24,000 bases of DNA from positions 35,711-59,710 of the forward strand of contig WYBM01000086.1 of the NCBI GenBank assembly GCA_011525915.1, in the 5' to 3' direction. A program made the position numbers and the translations under genes. A model generated the notes under the pieces. That model did no database searches, had not been told where the DNA came from, and saw only the letters and a program-made list of their open reading frames with translations. The stretch is from Ardenticatenaceae bacterium (GTDB taxonomy: Bacteria; Chloroflexota; Anaerolineae; Promineifilales; Promineifilaceae). Below, piece by piece: positions 9,323-18,425 of the stretch. Numbering within the stretch: position 1 is the first letter of the stretch; every line of letters begins with the position of its first letter.

Positions 9323-10765
9323 TTAGTGCATACACCCATGTCGCCAGACACGGCCGTCTCTGGCTAACAAGGCATCGGCTTCTTTTGGCCCCCAGCTGCC
9401 ACGTGTATACGTGGCCAACGGTGGCGCCTCTGGATGCGTCTTCCAACCCTGAATAATAGGGTCCACCAACTGCCACGCAGCTTCAATGCCATCGCTGCGT
9501 GTAAAAAGCGAGGCATCGCCGCGAATGGCATCCAACAGTAACCGTTCATAAGCGTCTGGCAGTGAATTTCCCTTAAACGAAGAGTCGTAATGGAATTCCA
9601 TATCGACCGGCTGCGTGGTATGGGCATCGGGCACTTTTGCCTCAAACTTTAAGTGAATGCCTTCATCTGGCTGGATGCAAAGTGACAGGGTATTGGCGCT
9701 AAAATCCTTATCGTCAATATCTGGAAACATGATGTGCGGCGGTTTTTTAAATTCGATAACGATTTCGGTGTTTTTGTCTGCTAAGGCTTTGCCAGAGCGC
9801 AAATAAAAAGGCACCCCCTGCCAACGCCAGTTGTCAATGTAAAGTTGAAGCGCAGCATAGGTAGGGGTTTGGGAGGCGGCGGCCACGCCTTCGGCCTGAA
9901 GGTACCCATCATACTGTGCGTGAACGGTGTCGGCCAGGCGCAACGGCCGTATCGCCTGGAACAGTTTGGCCTTCTCATTGCGCACGGCGTCAGCTTCAAA
10001 AGAAGCCGGGGGTTCCATGGCCACCAATGACAACAACTGCAACAGGTGGTTTTGAAACATATCACGTATGACACCGGCCTCGTCATAATAGCCGGCACGA
10101 CGACCTACATCTACACTTTCCGTAACAGCAATTTGCACATTATCCACATAATTACGGTTCCACACCGGCTCAAAGATAGTGTTGGCAAAACGGAAATAAA
10201 GGATGTTTTGCGCCGTCTCTTTACCCAGGTAATGGTCGATGCGGTACACTTGCTGTTCTGCAAAAACCGTATGAATCGCTTCATTGAGTACCTGGGCTGA
10301 TTGCAAATCATGGCCAAATGGCTTTTCTATCACCGCCCGCCGCCACCCCTCATGCTCATGCACCATGCCTGCCTGACCCAGATTTTGCACAATCGGCACA
10401 AAAAACTCTGGTGAAGTCGCCAGGTAGTAAAGGCGATTTGTAGGGCCACTTTCCAATGTGGGCAGGTGCTCCCGCAGCCGAATAAAATCTTCAGGCACAT
10501 CCAGGTTGCCCTGAAAATAGGTGATACGCGGCGCAAAATCGGCCCACTTTGCGGCATTAAACGATTTTTCTTGGAACTCTACCAGCCCTTCTTGCAACAG
10601 GGAGCGAAACTGGGCATCATCCCACGGCCGTCGGGCAAAACCTACAATTTGGAATGTCTGCGGCAGCCGCCCTTTGCGGTAAGAATTAAACAGGGCGGGA
10701 ATGAGCTTACGTCGGGTTAAGTCCCCTGAAGCCCCAAAAATAATAATGGTGGTTGGATGAGCCAT
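9323..10765 (-). CDS. zwf: Glucose-6-phosphate 1-dehydrogenase
   Basis: 480 aa. Motifs IIFGASGDLTRRKLIPALF (NADP site), RIDHYLGKE and FANTIFEPVWNR. Confidence 0.95.
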   Translation of the reverse strand: MAHPTTIIIFGASGDLTRRKLIPALFNSYRKGRLPQTFQIVGFARRPWDDAQFRSLLQEGLVEFQEKSFNAAKWADFAPRITYFQGNLDVPEDFIRLREHLPTLESGPTNRLYYLATSPEFFVPIVQNLGQAGMVHEHEGWRRAVIEKPFGHDLQSAQVLNEAIHTVFAEQQVYRIDHYLGKETAQNILYFRFANTIFEPVWNRNYVDNVQIAVTESVDVGRRAGYYDEAGVIRDMFQNHLLQLLSLVAMEPPASFEADAVRNEKAKLFQAIRPLRLADTVHAQYDGYLQAEGVAAASQTPTYAALQLYIDNWRWQGVPFYLRSGKALADKNTEIVIEFKKPPHIMFPDIDDKDFSANTLSLCIQPDEGIHLKFEAKVPDAHTTQPVDMEFHYDSSFKGNSLPDAYERLLLDAIRGDASLFTRSDGIEAAWQLVDPIIQGWKTHPEAPPLATYTRGSWGPKEADALLARDGRVWRHGCMH

Positions 10766-10785
10766 TTTTTACCCCCTATTTGTGT

Positions 10786-12249
10786 TCAGGCATTGTATGA
10801 GCCGGCCGTGACCTGGCCGCCTTCACCCGTCCAGTTGGTGTGGAAAAATTGGCCTCGTGGCTGGTCCACCCGCTCGTAAGTGTGGGCGCCAAAGTAGTCA
10901 CGTTGCGCCTGCAGTAAATTGGCCGGCAAACGACCGTGGCGGTAGCCATCATAAAAGGCCAGGGCGCTGGACATGGCCGGGAGGGGGATGCCCCAGGCAA
11001 CCGCCTGGGATACAACCCGCCGCCAGGCAGCCTGAGCCATCATCACCTGTTCTTTGAAATAGTCATCAAGCAGCAGGTTCGTCAACTGCGGGTGGCGGGC
11101 ATAGGCCGCCTGAATATTATCTAGAAAAGCCGCCCGAATAATACACCCTTCACGCCACATCAGGGCAATACCACCATAATTCAGGTTCCAATTCTGCTCG
11201 CTGGCCGCCGCCCGGAAGAGCATATACCCCTGTGTATAGGAGATAATTTTGGCGGCATACAAAGCCTGTGCCAGATCGGCCACAAACAGATCCCGGTCAC
11301 CGCTGAAAGTAACAGCCGGACCAGATAAGGCGGCGGCCGCCACCAACCGCTCCTCTTTTAAGGCCGACAGGGAGCGGGCAAACACGGCTTCGGTAATAAG
11401 GGTCAGGGGCATACCAGAGTCCAGCGCGGCCACGGCCGTCCACTTCCCCGTCCCCTTTTGGCCGGCCGCATCTAAAATCTTGTCCACCAACGGCAAGCCA
11501 TCCCCATCCTTAAAGGCTAGAATCTCCGCCGTAATTTCAATTAGATATGAATTTAACTTGCCCTGATTCCAGTCGGCAAAGATGTGGCTCATCTCGTCTG
11601 GCGTCAACCCCAGACCAACGCCCATGAGATGATACACCTCGGCGATAAGCTGCATATCACCATATTCAATGCCATTATGCACCATCTTCACAAAATGACC
11701 GGCGCCATCTTCACCCACCCAATCACAACAGGGCGTGCCGTCGGCCACCTTGGCGGCAATGGCTTGCAGAATCTCTTTGACATGCGGCCACGCTGGCGAC
11801 GAACCACCCGGCATAAGCGACGGCCCATGCCGTGCCCCTTCTTCACCGCCAGAGACACCACAACCCACAAAAAGCAGCCCTTTCTCTTCCAGGGTATGGG
11901 TACGGCGAATGGTGTCTGGGTAATGGGAGTTGCCACCATCAATGATAATGTCACCTGGCTCCAGGTGGGGGAGCAGCGAATCAATGACCGCATCCACCGG
12001 ATTACCCGCTTTGACCATGATCATCACACGGCGGGGTGGTTTTAAGTGACTGACCATGTCAGCAATGGTGTAGGCGCCAATGACCTGTGTGCCGGCCGCT
12101 GGGCCGGCCAGAAACTCTGTGGTCACTTCGCCGGTGCGGTTGTAAACGGCCGTTGTGAAGCCGTGATCATTCATGTTTAGCACCAGATTTTGCCCCATTA
12201 CCCCCAGGCCAATAAGGCCAATATCGGCTGTGGCATGATTGCTTGTCAT
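10786..12249 (-). CDS. gnd: 6-phosphogluconate dehydrogenase, decarboxylating (NADP-dependent)
   Basis: 487 aa. Motifs IGLIGLGVMGQNLVLNMNDHGF and HFVKMVHNGIEYGDMQLI. It lies 20 bp upstream of zwf on the same strand. Confidence 0.95.
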   Translation of the reverse strand: MTSNHATADIGLIGLGVMGQNLVLNMNDHGFTTAVYNRTGEVTTEFLAGPAAGTQVIGAYTIADMVSHLKPPRRVMIMVKAGNPVDAVIDSLLPHLEPGDIIIDGGNSHYPDTIRRTHTLEEKGLLFVGCGVSGGEEGARHGPSLMPGGSSPAWPHVKEILQAIAAKVADGTPCCDWVGEDGAGHFVKMVHNGIEYGDMQLIAEVYHLMGVGLGLTPDEMSHIFADWNQGKLNSYLIEITAEILAFKDGDGLPLVDKILDAAGQKGTGKWTAVAALDSGMPLTLITEAVFARSLSALKEERLVAAAALSGPAVTFSGDRDLFVADLAQALYAAKIISYTQGYMLFRAAASEQNWNLNYGGIALMWREGCIIRAAFLDNIQAAYARHPQLTNLLLDDYFKEQVMMAQAAWRRVVSQAVAWGIPLPAMSSALAFYDGYRHGRLPANLLQAQRDYFGAHTYERVDQPRGQFFHTNWTGEGGQVTAGSYNA

Positions 12250-12273
12250 GAGAATTATTCCTCTTTTGGTAAA

Positions 12274-12304
12274 CCATCATCCAAAATCACACTTCAGATG
12301 ATGG
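12274..12304 (-). other. 8-bp hairpin in the proA-gnd spacer
   Basis: CCATCATC (12274-12281) pairs with GATGATGG (12297-12304) around a 15-nt loop. There is no clear U tract. It could be a weak attenuator or processing site between proBA and gnd-zwf. Confidence 0.2.
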
Positions 12305-12329
12305 CTATCAGTGCATCTATTGACAGGGC

Positions 12330-13592
12330 TTACGGCCGTATGTGCCCGTCGCCAATGCACACCCATTTGTAAGTCGTTAACTCTTCAAGACCCATAGGGC
12401 CGCGTGCGTGCAGCTTTTGGGTGCTGACGGCCACTTCTGCCCCCAGACCAAACTGCCCGCCATCGTTAAAACGGGTGCTGGCATTTACAAACACCGCCGA
12501 CGAGTTAACCTCATTGACAAAACGCATGGCGTTTTGCCAGTCATTGGTAAGGATGCTGTCGCTGTGGGCCATGCTGTGTGCATGGATGTGGTCAATGGCT
12601 TCGTCAAGTTCACAAACCTTTACGCCCAGAATAAGCGCCATCCACTCTGTATCAAAATCGTCTGGCCCGGCGGGCACAAGGTTAGCGCCACGTCCATCCC
12701 TTTTCAGGATGTCCCAGGCGGCACCCGTGGGGCGCAGTTCTACACCAAGGGGGGCCAGCCGGGCGGCCATCTGCGGCAGAAACTCGGCAGCCACTGCTGG
12801 ATGAACCAGGACGGTGTCCAGGGCATTACACACCGACGGCCGTTGTACCTTGGCATTCTCCACAATAGCTAACGCTTTATCCAGGTCGGCGCTCTCATCG
12901 ACAAAAATGTGGCAAATGCCAATGCCCCCTGTTATGACGGGTACAGTGCTGTTTTCCTTACATACCTGGTGCAGTGTATGGCCGCCACGAGGGATGATTA
13001 CATCTACGTACTCGTCTAATCGCAGCAGGTCAATGACCAGTTTACGGTCTGGGTCATCAATGGTTTGCACGGCCGTAGGGGGCAGCCCCACCTTTTCCAA
13101 GGCTGCCTGAATGACAGCCACCAGGGCTTTATTGCTGCGCCGCGTTTCTTTACCGCCGCGCAAAATAGACGCGTTGCCCGTCTTCAGGCAAAGGGTAGCA
13201 ATATCAATGGTCACATTGGGGCGGGCCTCATAGATGACACCAACCACGCCAAAGGGGATGCGGCGGCGGCTCAGGCGCAGGCCATTAGGCAGCAGTCGGG
13301 CATCAAATTCACTGCCTACGGGGTCTGGCAAGGTGGCAACACGGCGAGCGTCGGCCGCCAGCCCGGCAATACGTCCTGCGGTCAACAGCAGCCTGTCCAA
13401 CAGGCCGTCGCTCAGGTTATGGTCACGGCCGTCGGCAATGTCCAGGGCATTTTGTGCCAGTACCGCTTCGGCCTGCGCTTCCAGTTCAGCAGCAATGGCC
13501 AGCAGAGCGGCGTTTTTCTGGTCTGTGGTCAGGGTAGCCAGCTTACGGCTGGCCACGCTGGCTGCCTTGCCCATGGCAATTAAGTTGGTCAT
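12330..13592 (-). CDS. proA: Glutamate-5-semialdehyde dehydrogenase (gamma-glutamyl phosphate reductase)
   Basis: 420 aa. Typical ProA N-terminus ([26 protein letters not shown]) and the catalytic Cys context [13 protein letters not shown]. Confidence 0.95.
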   Translation of the reverse strand: MTNLIAMGKAASVASRKLATLTTDQKNAALLAIAAELEAQAEAVLAQNALDIADGRDHNLSDGLLDRLLLTAGRIAGLAADARRVATLPDPVGSEFDARLLPNGLRLSRRRIPFGVVGVIYEARPNVTIDIATLCLKTGNASILRGGKETRRSNKALVAVIQAALEKVGLPPTAVQTIDDPDRKLVIDLLRLDEYVDVIIPRGGHTLHQVCKENSTVPVITGGIGICHIFVDESADLDKALAIVENAKVQRPSVCNALDTVLVHPAVAAEFLPQMAARLAPLGVELRPTGAAWDILKRDGRGANLVPAGPDDFDTEWMALILGVKVCELDEAIDHIHAHSMAHSDSILTNDWQNAMRFVNEVNSSAVFVNASTRFNDGGQFGLGAEVAVSTQKLHARGPMGLEELTTYKWVCIGDGHIRP

Positions 13593-13648
13593 TTTATCAT
13601 CTCCCTTATCGCTAATGAGTGTTCAGCAATCGGCCGGTCTGTAAGCAG

Positions 13649-14749
13649 TTACAGCAAAATCATATCATTCCGATGCACGGCCACCGGTCCATAAGCATAA
13701 CCGAGCCGCTCCACAATCTGGTCAGAATGCAGCCCGGCAATGTGGGCCAGGTCATGGCTGCTGTAACGAACGATGCCGCGGGCCAGTTCACGGCCGTCTG
13801 CCCCTTGAATACAAATGGTGTCACCGCGTTCAAAATGGCCGGTCACGGCCGTGATGCCCGCCGGGAGCAAGGAACGACCGTCAGCACACAATGCCGCCAC
13901 GGCGCCAGCATCAATGACCACACAACCTGCCGCTTTGCGGCCAGCATAGATCCACTTTTTGCGGTTTTCCAGTGGGGTTTTTAAAGCTGGAAAGCGTGTA
14001 CCCACACTTTCACCAGCCACGGCGCGGGTGATGACATTGGGGGCGTGCCCAGCGGCGATAATCACGTCGGCGCCGGCGCGACGGGCAACATCAGCCGCCT
14101 GTAACTTAGTGGCCATGCCACCCACACCCAGGCCGCTAATGCTGCCGCCGGCCAATGATTTAAGTGTTTCATCTATTTTATCAACTTCTGGAATTAATTG
14201 CGCGTCAGGATGGCGGCGGGGATCGGCCGTAAACAGACCAGGCTGATCTGTGAGCAGTATGAGCAAATCTGCCTCGGCTAAGGTGGCCACCAAGGCCGAG
14301 AGGTTATCATTATCACCCACCTTAATTTCTTCGGTGGCCACGGCGTCGTTTTCATTAATAACCGGCACGATACGGTGTTCCAGCAGGGTGAGCAGGGTGT
14401 CACGGCCGTTTAAATAACGGCGGCGGTTTTGTACGTCGGCCCGGGTGAGCAAAATCTGGCCTACATGAAGGCCATAAATCTCAAAATACCGCTCCCAGAG
14501 CTGCATCAGCCGGCTCTGCCCCACGGCGGCTAACATTTGTTTATGATTTAGCGTGGGGGGTAAATCAGGAAAACCCATCCGTGCCCTGCCTACGGCAATA
14601 GCGCCCGAGGTACAGATGATCACATCTTTGCCCTGGCGATGCAAAGCGGCACATTGGCGCACCAACTCTACCATGTGCGGATGATCCAGGTGCGGGGTGC
14701 CTGCGGTTAACACACTGGTACCAATTTTAACAACAACTCGTTGATACAT
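13649..14749 (-). CDS. proB: Glutamate 5-kinase with a C-terminal PUA domain
   Basis: 366 aa. Motifs [19 protein letters not shown] and [12 protein letters not shown], with a PUA-like tail. It lies 56 bp upstream of proA. Confidence 0.95.
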   Translation of the reverse strand: MYQRVVVKIGTSVLTAGTPHLDHPHMVELVRQCAALHRQGKDVIICTSGAIAVGRARMGFPDLPPTLNHKQMLAAVGQSRLMQLWERYFEIYGLHVGQILLTRADVQNRRRYLNGRDTLLTLLEHRIVPVINENDAVATEEIKVGDNDNLSALVATLAEADLLILLTDQPGLFTADPRRHPDAQLIPEVDKIDETLKSLAGGSISGLGVGGMATKLQAADVARRAGADVIIAAGHAPNVITRAVAGESVGTRFPALKTPLENRKKWIYAGRKAAGCVVIDAGAVAALCADGRSLLPAGITAVTGHFERGDTICIQGADGRELARGIVRYSSHDLAHIAGLHSDQIVERLGYAYGPVAVHRNDMILL

Positions 14750-14965
14750 GGGCCTCCACTGAATATGAGTATGAGAACGGCCGTTTACATTCTAGCTTTC
14801 CATTCGGTACAATAAAGGTACATTTTCACAAAAACCCCCCTCGTTGGCAATTCGAGGCATGGCGGATGCGGGCGCGGTTCATCATGAACCTAAACTCTAT
14901 GAAAGTCTGTGTACATGCATCCGCGTTCATCCACATCCCGTTATTTATAAAGAAAAGGAGAACCC

Positions 14966-16375
14966 ATGAAAACCCAAACAACCCAAGAATTATTTGATTG
15001 GCTCGGTGACACCATTCGTCTGGAAAACGGCGTCGTCCACGTTCGTGAAGCTACCCAACTGCCCGGCCAGATTGATAAGGTCGTGTACACGGCCGTTTTT
15101 GGGGATGGTCTAACACGCGACGTAGCACGCTGGCTCATTTGGGAAATTGCCCAAGCGGTGGGCATTTACCCTGCCTCCATTCATGAGTTGTACATGTCTG
15201 TAGGGCGCGGCGACACGCCACCTGCCTTCACTGTGCCAGCCATGAATGTGCGCGCCATGAATTTTAACACCTCACGTGCCATCTTCCGCGCCGCCAATAA
15301 ACTCAACGTGGGCGCCATGATTTTTGAGATCGCCCGCTCAGAAATTGGCTATACCAACCAGCGGCCGGCCGAATATACGGCCTGTGTGCTGGGCGCAGCT
15401 ATCAAGGAAGGCTATCGCGGCCCTGTTTTTATCCAGGGCGACCATTTCCAGGTGTCCGCAGCCAAGTTTAAAGCCAACCCGGAGGCCGAAATTCAAGCTG
15501 TCAAGGAGATCATGGCCGAAGCCGTGGACGGTGGATTTTTTAACATAGACATTGACACTTCTACTCTGGTTGACCTGAGTTATGAGACGCTGGATGAACA
15601 GCAACGGCACAATTATGAACAATGTGCCAACCTTACCAAATTTGCCCGGACCATTGAACCCCGCGGCATCACCATTTCGTTGGGGGGGGAAATTGGCGAG
15701 GTGGGCCATAAAAACTCCACGGTAGAAGAGCTGCACGCCTTTATGCAGGGCTACCACCGCCAGACAGAAGGGCTGCCGGGCATCTCTAAGATCTCAGTAC
15801 AAACTGGCACCAGTCATGGCGGCGTGGTGCTGCCAGATGGGTCGCTGGCTCAGGTGAAGGTAGACTTTGAGACACTGCGTGATCTGAGCGCCGCCGCTCG
15901 TGATGATTATGGTCTGGGGGGGGCGGTGCAGCACGGCGCTTCCACGCTGCCGCCAGAGGCTTTCCACAAATTCCCCGAAATCGGCACTGTGGAAATTCAC
16001 CTGGCCACCAATTTCCAGAACATCATTTATGATCTGCTTCCGGCAGACGTGGTCAGTGAAGCTTATGACTACATCAAAGCCAACCACGCCAATGAGTGGA
16101 AAGAAGGGAAAACGGAAGATCAATTCCTTTACAGCACACGTAAAAAGGCCATTGGCCCTTTCAAAGAACAATGGTGGCACCTGGATGAGGGGCTGCAGCG
16201 GCACATTGGCGCTACACTGCAGGAGCAGTTTGAATTTTTGTTTGAAAAGCTGAATGTCAAGGATACGCGTGAACTGGCCCAAAGCGCCACAACACGTGTG
16301 CCCATTCACAAACCCCGCCCCACAGCGGTGGCGGCAGAAACCGCAGGTGAAGACGTTAGCGATCTGGATGATTAA
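14966..16375 (+). CDS. Long (469 aa) divergent class II ketose/fructose-bisphosphate aldolase family protein
   Basis: F_bP_aldolase-like landmarks: VPAMNVRA, IQGDHF (Zn His), FNIDIDTS, GGEIGEVG, QTGTSHGG and VQHGAS. It is about 110 aa longer than FbaA-type enzymes. AAGGAGAACCC precedes the ATG. Confidence 0.65.
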   Translation: MKTQTTQELFDWLGDTIRLENGVVHVREATQLPGQIDKVVYTAVFGDGLTRDVARWLIWEIAQAVGIYPASIHELYMSVGRGDTPPAFTVPAMNVRAMNFNTSRAIFRAANKLNVGAMIFEIARSEIGYTNQRPAEYTACVLGAAIKEGYRGPVFIQGDHFQVSAAKFKANPEAEIQAVKEIMAEAVDGGFFNIDIDTSTLVDLSYETLDEQQRHNYEQCANLTKFARTIEPRGITISLGGEIGEVGHKNSTVEELHAFMQGYHRQTEGLPGISKISVQTGTSHGGVVLPDGSLAQVKVDFETLRDLSAAARDDYGLGGAVQHGASTLPPEAFHKFPEIGTVEIHLATNFQNIIYDLLPADVVSEAYDYIKANHANEWKEGKTEDQFLYSTRKKAIGPFKEQWWHLDEGLQRHIGATLQEQFEFLFEKLNVKDTRELAQSATTRVPIHKPRPTAVAAETAGEDVSDLDD

Positions 16376-16410
16376 ACCAACCTGAGCGTTTAACGTTTGC
16401 ACCTCTACCT

Positions 16411-16446
16411 ACGGCCGTATCTGCACAAACCGGTACGGCCGTTTTT
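16411..16446 (+). terminator. Rho-independent terminator built from two ACGGCCGT copies
   Basis: 16411-16421 pairs with 16432-16442 (11 bp including one G-U, 10-nt loop), followed by UUUU at 16443-16446. It lies 36 nt after the aldolase stop. Confidence 0.6.
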
Positions 16447-16530
16447 CATGACAATGTTCACTGGCATTTTCCTCTAATCCCGGCATACTTGACAACAGCG
16501 CAACAATTTACACTTTGTAAGGAGAACCCT

Positions 16531-17604
16531 ATGTCATTAAAAAGTTTACCCGCCGGGGTCATCACTGGCGAACAGGTGCAGGCCGTGTTTGCCCACGCCA
16601 AAGCCAACCAGTTTGCTTTGCCCGCGGCCAACGTGGTAGGCACAAACAGCGTCAATGCGGTGTTGGAAACGGCCGTGGCCGTTAATTCCCCCGTCATTTT
16701 GCAATTTTCGCACGGCGGCGCCACTTTTTTTGCCGGTAAAAGCCTGAACAATGACGGCCAGCGGGCGGCTATTGCCGGGGCCGTGTCAGGCGCACATCAC
16801 GTGCATCAGGTAGCGGCACTCTACGGCGCGCGGGTCATTTTGCATACCGATCACGCTGCCAAGAAGCTGCTGCCCTGGATCGATGGACTGTTAGATGCAG
16901 GTGAAGCATTTTACAAGGTTCATGGCAAGCCGCTGTTCAGCAGCCATATGCTAGACCTGTCTGAAGAACCGATCGCCGAAAACATTGACATTTGCAAGCG
17001 TTACCTGGAGCGTATGAGCAAATTGGGCATGACCCTGGAGTTTGAACTGGGCGTCACCGGCGGCGAGGAAGATGGCGTTGATAACACCGGTGTCGACAGC
17101 GCCCGTTTGTACACACAGCCAGAAGAAGTGGCCTACGCCTATGAAGAATTAATGAAGGTCAGCCCCAACTTTACCGTAGCGGCTGCCTTTGGCAATGTGC
17201 ACGGCGTTTACAAGCCGGGCAACGTGCAGCTGCGCCCTATCATTCTGCACAATTCACAGAAGCACGTGCAGGAAACGTTTGGTACGGGGGAAAAACCGAT
17301 CAACTTTGTTTTCCACGGTGGTTCTGGCTCCAGCCAGGCAGAGATCCGCGAAGCGATTGCGTATGGGGCCATCAAAATGAACATTGATACCGACCTGCAA
17401 TGGGCGTTTTGGGATGGCGTGCGCGGCTACGAGGCCACGTACCATCATTACCTGCAAGGGCAAATTGGCAACCCCGAAGGGGACGACGCTCCCAACAAGA
17501 AATATTATGATCCACGCCGCTGGCTGCGCACGGGCGAAGAAGCATTTGTAGCCCGTCTGAAGCAGGCGTTTGCTGATCTGAACAGCGTTAACACGCTGGC
17601 GTAA
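16531..17604 (+). CDS. fbaA: Fructose-1,6-bisphosphate aldolase, class II (type A, E. coli FbaA-like)
   Basis: MSLKSLPAGVITGEQVQAVFAHAKANQFALPAANVVGTNSVNAVLE...HTDHAAKKLLPW...FGNVHGVYKPGNV...HGGSGS. AAGGAGAACCCT precedes ATG 16531. The ORF-track start at 16489 adds 14 unsupported residues. Confidence 0.9.
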   Translation: MSLKSLPAGVITGEQVQAVFAHAKANQFALPAANVVGTNSVNAVLETAVAVNSPVILQFSHGGATFFAGKSLNNDGQRAAIAGAVSGAHHVHQVAALYGARVILHTDHAAKKLLPWIDGLLDAGEAFYKVHGKPLFSSHMLDLSEEPIAENIDICKRYLERMSKLGMTLEFELGVTGGEEDGVDNTGVDSARLYTQPEEVAYAYEELMKVSPNFTVAAAFGNVHGVYKPGNVQLRPIILHNSQKHVQETFGTGEKPINFVFHGGSGSSQAEIREAIAYGAIKMNIDTDLQWAFWDGVRGYEATYHHYLQGQIGNPEGDDAPNKKYYDPRRWLRTGEEAFVARLKQAFADLNSVNTLA

Positions 17605-17607
17605 CTT

Positions 17608-17645
17608 GCTTGAGGTTGGCAGACGGCCGTCTGCCAACCTCAAGC
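17608..17645. terminator. 38-bp perfect palindrome centred on ACGGCCGT, between convergent fbaA and the TauE-like gene
   Basis: GCTTGAGGTTGGCAGACGG|CCGTCTGCCAACCTCAAGC is its own reverse complement. It begins 4 nt after the fbaA stop and overlaps the last two codons plus the stop of the minus-strand gene. There is no U tract on either side. Confidence 0.45.
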
Positions 17646-18425
17646 TATCATCAAGTTCAGACCGATCAACACTAGCAGCAGGAGAACCATTTTGCGGAAG
17701 ATGGCCGCGGGTATACGGCCGTCCAACAAAAACCCCACGACCAACCCGACAACCATCGCCGGCATAGCCACCCAGACGTTATGCCAGACAACGGCCGTGA
17801 CATTTCCTTTTAAGATGTGCCCGGCCAACACCATGATGCCTGCTGGTAGAAAAAACCCCTGCAAATTACCCTTAAACTCGGCCGGCGGCCAGCGGCGGCA
17901 GCTGCCATAAATGATCACGGGTGGGCCGCTGGTATTGTAAATACCACCGATCACCCCGGCCACAAAACCAAAGGTCCAGGCCCAGGCCGGCCGCGTCAGT
18001 GCTGGTAAACGCGGCGACAGCAGCGCATAAAGCGCATACCCGGCTACCATCGCCCCCAACAGGCGTGCACCCACAACCGGGTCTATGACGCCCAGCAAAT
18101 ACAAACCGACCGGCGTGCCGGCCAACGCCGCTATCACCAGGCGGCTGACGGCCCGCACATTGACTGCCTCCCGAAAACGTATCAGAATGACAAATTCAGC
18201 CAACATGCCCACGATAGCCATCATGGGCGCGGCAGCAGGCAGGCCAATCACGGCCGTGAGCAGCGGCATCGATACCAGCGCCAACCCAAAGCCGGTGGCT
18301 GCTTGCACAAAAATGGCCAGGAAAACGATGAGGGCCACAAGGAGATCAGGACTCAGGTTATTCAACACGGATGGTTTTGATCGGCTGTTTGGCGTGCAGT
18401 TCATAGAGGTCTGGGCGGCGGTCAT
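17640..18425 (-). CDS. TauE/SafE (TSUP, DUF81) family anion/sulfite-type permease
   Basis: Polytopic membrane protein with glycine-rich TM segments (AATGFGLALVSMPLL, GVIGGIYNTSGPPVI). The start is uncertain. ATG 18425 overlaps the upstream CDS by 68 nt. GTG 18368 would overlap it by 11 nt. Confidence 0.7.
   Translation of the reverse strand: MTAAQTSMNCTPNSRSKPSVLNNLSPDLLVALIVFLAIFVQAATGFGLALVSMPLLTAVIGLPAAAPMMAIVGMLAEFVILIRFREAVNVRAVSRLVIAALAGTPVGLYLLGVIDPVVGARLLGAMVAGYALYALLSPRLPALTRPAWAWTFGFVAGVIGGIYNTSGPPVIIYGSCRRWPPAEFKGNLQGFFLPAGIMVLAGHILKGNVTAVVWHNVWVAMPAMVVGLVVGFLLDGRIPAAIFRKMVLLLLVLIGLNLMIA

Noticed and set aside
5146-9349. Apparent depletion of ACGGCCGT in the PPDK_N and surface-protein genes as evidence of recent acquisition
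   Set aside because: There are 3 copies in about 4.2 kb against about 8 expected from the window mean. For the surface-protein gene alone (1 against about 3.5), the Poisson probability of seeing 1 or fewer is about 0.14. This is suggestive at best and needs genome-wide statistics, so it is not reported as a separate finding.
9132-9476. A 114-aa minus-strand ORF overlapping the 3' end of zwf and the downstream spacer
   Set aside because: It is out of frame with zwf over 150 nt, has no RBS and has an implausible composition. The spacer 8984-9322 otherwise shows only weak hairpins, and I could not support any feature there beyond the promoter region of the surface-protein gene.
16489-16530. An upstream start for fbaA at 16489, and a TTGACA hexamer at 16489-16494 as a promoter
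   Set aside because: ATG 16531 is preceded by AAGGAG at the proper distance and gives the canonical ~357-aa FbaA. The TTGACA has no acceptable -10 at 16-18 nt (ACTTTG) and would leave almost no leader, so the promoter call is unsupported.
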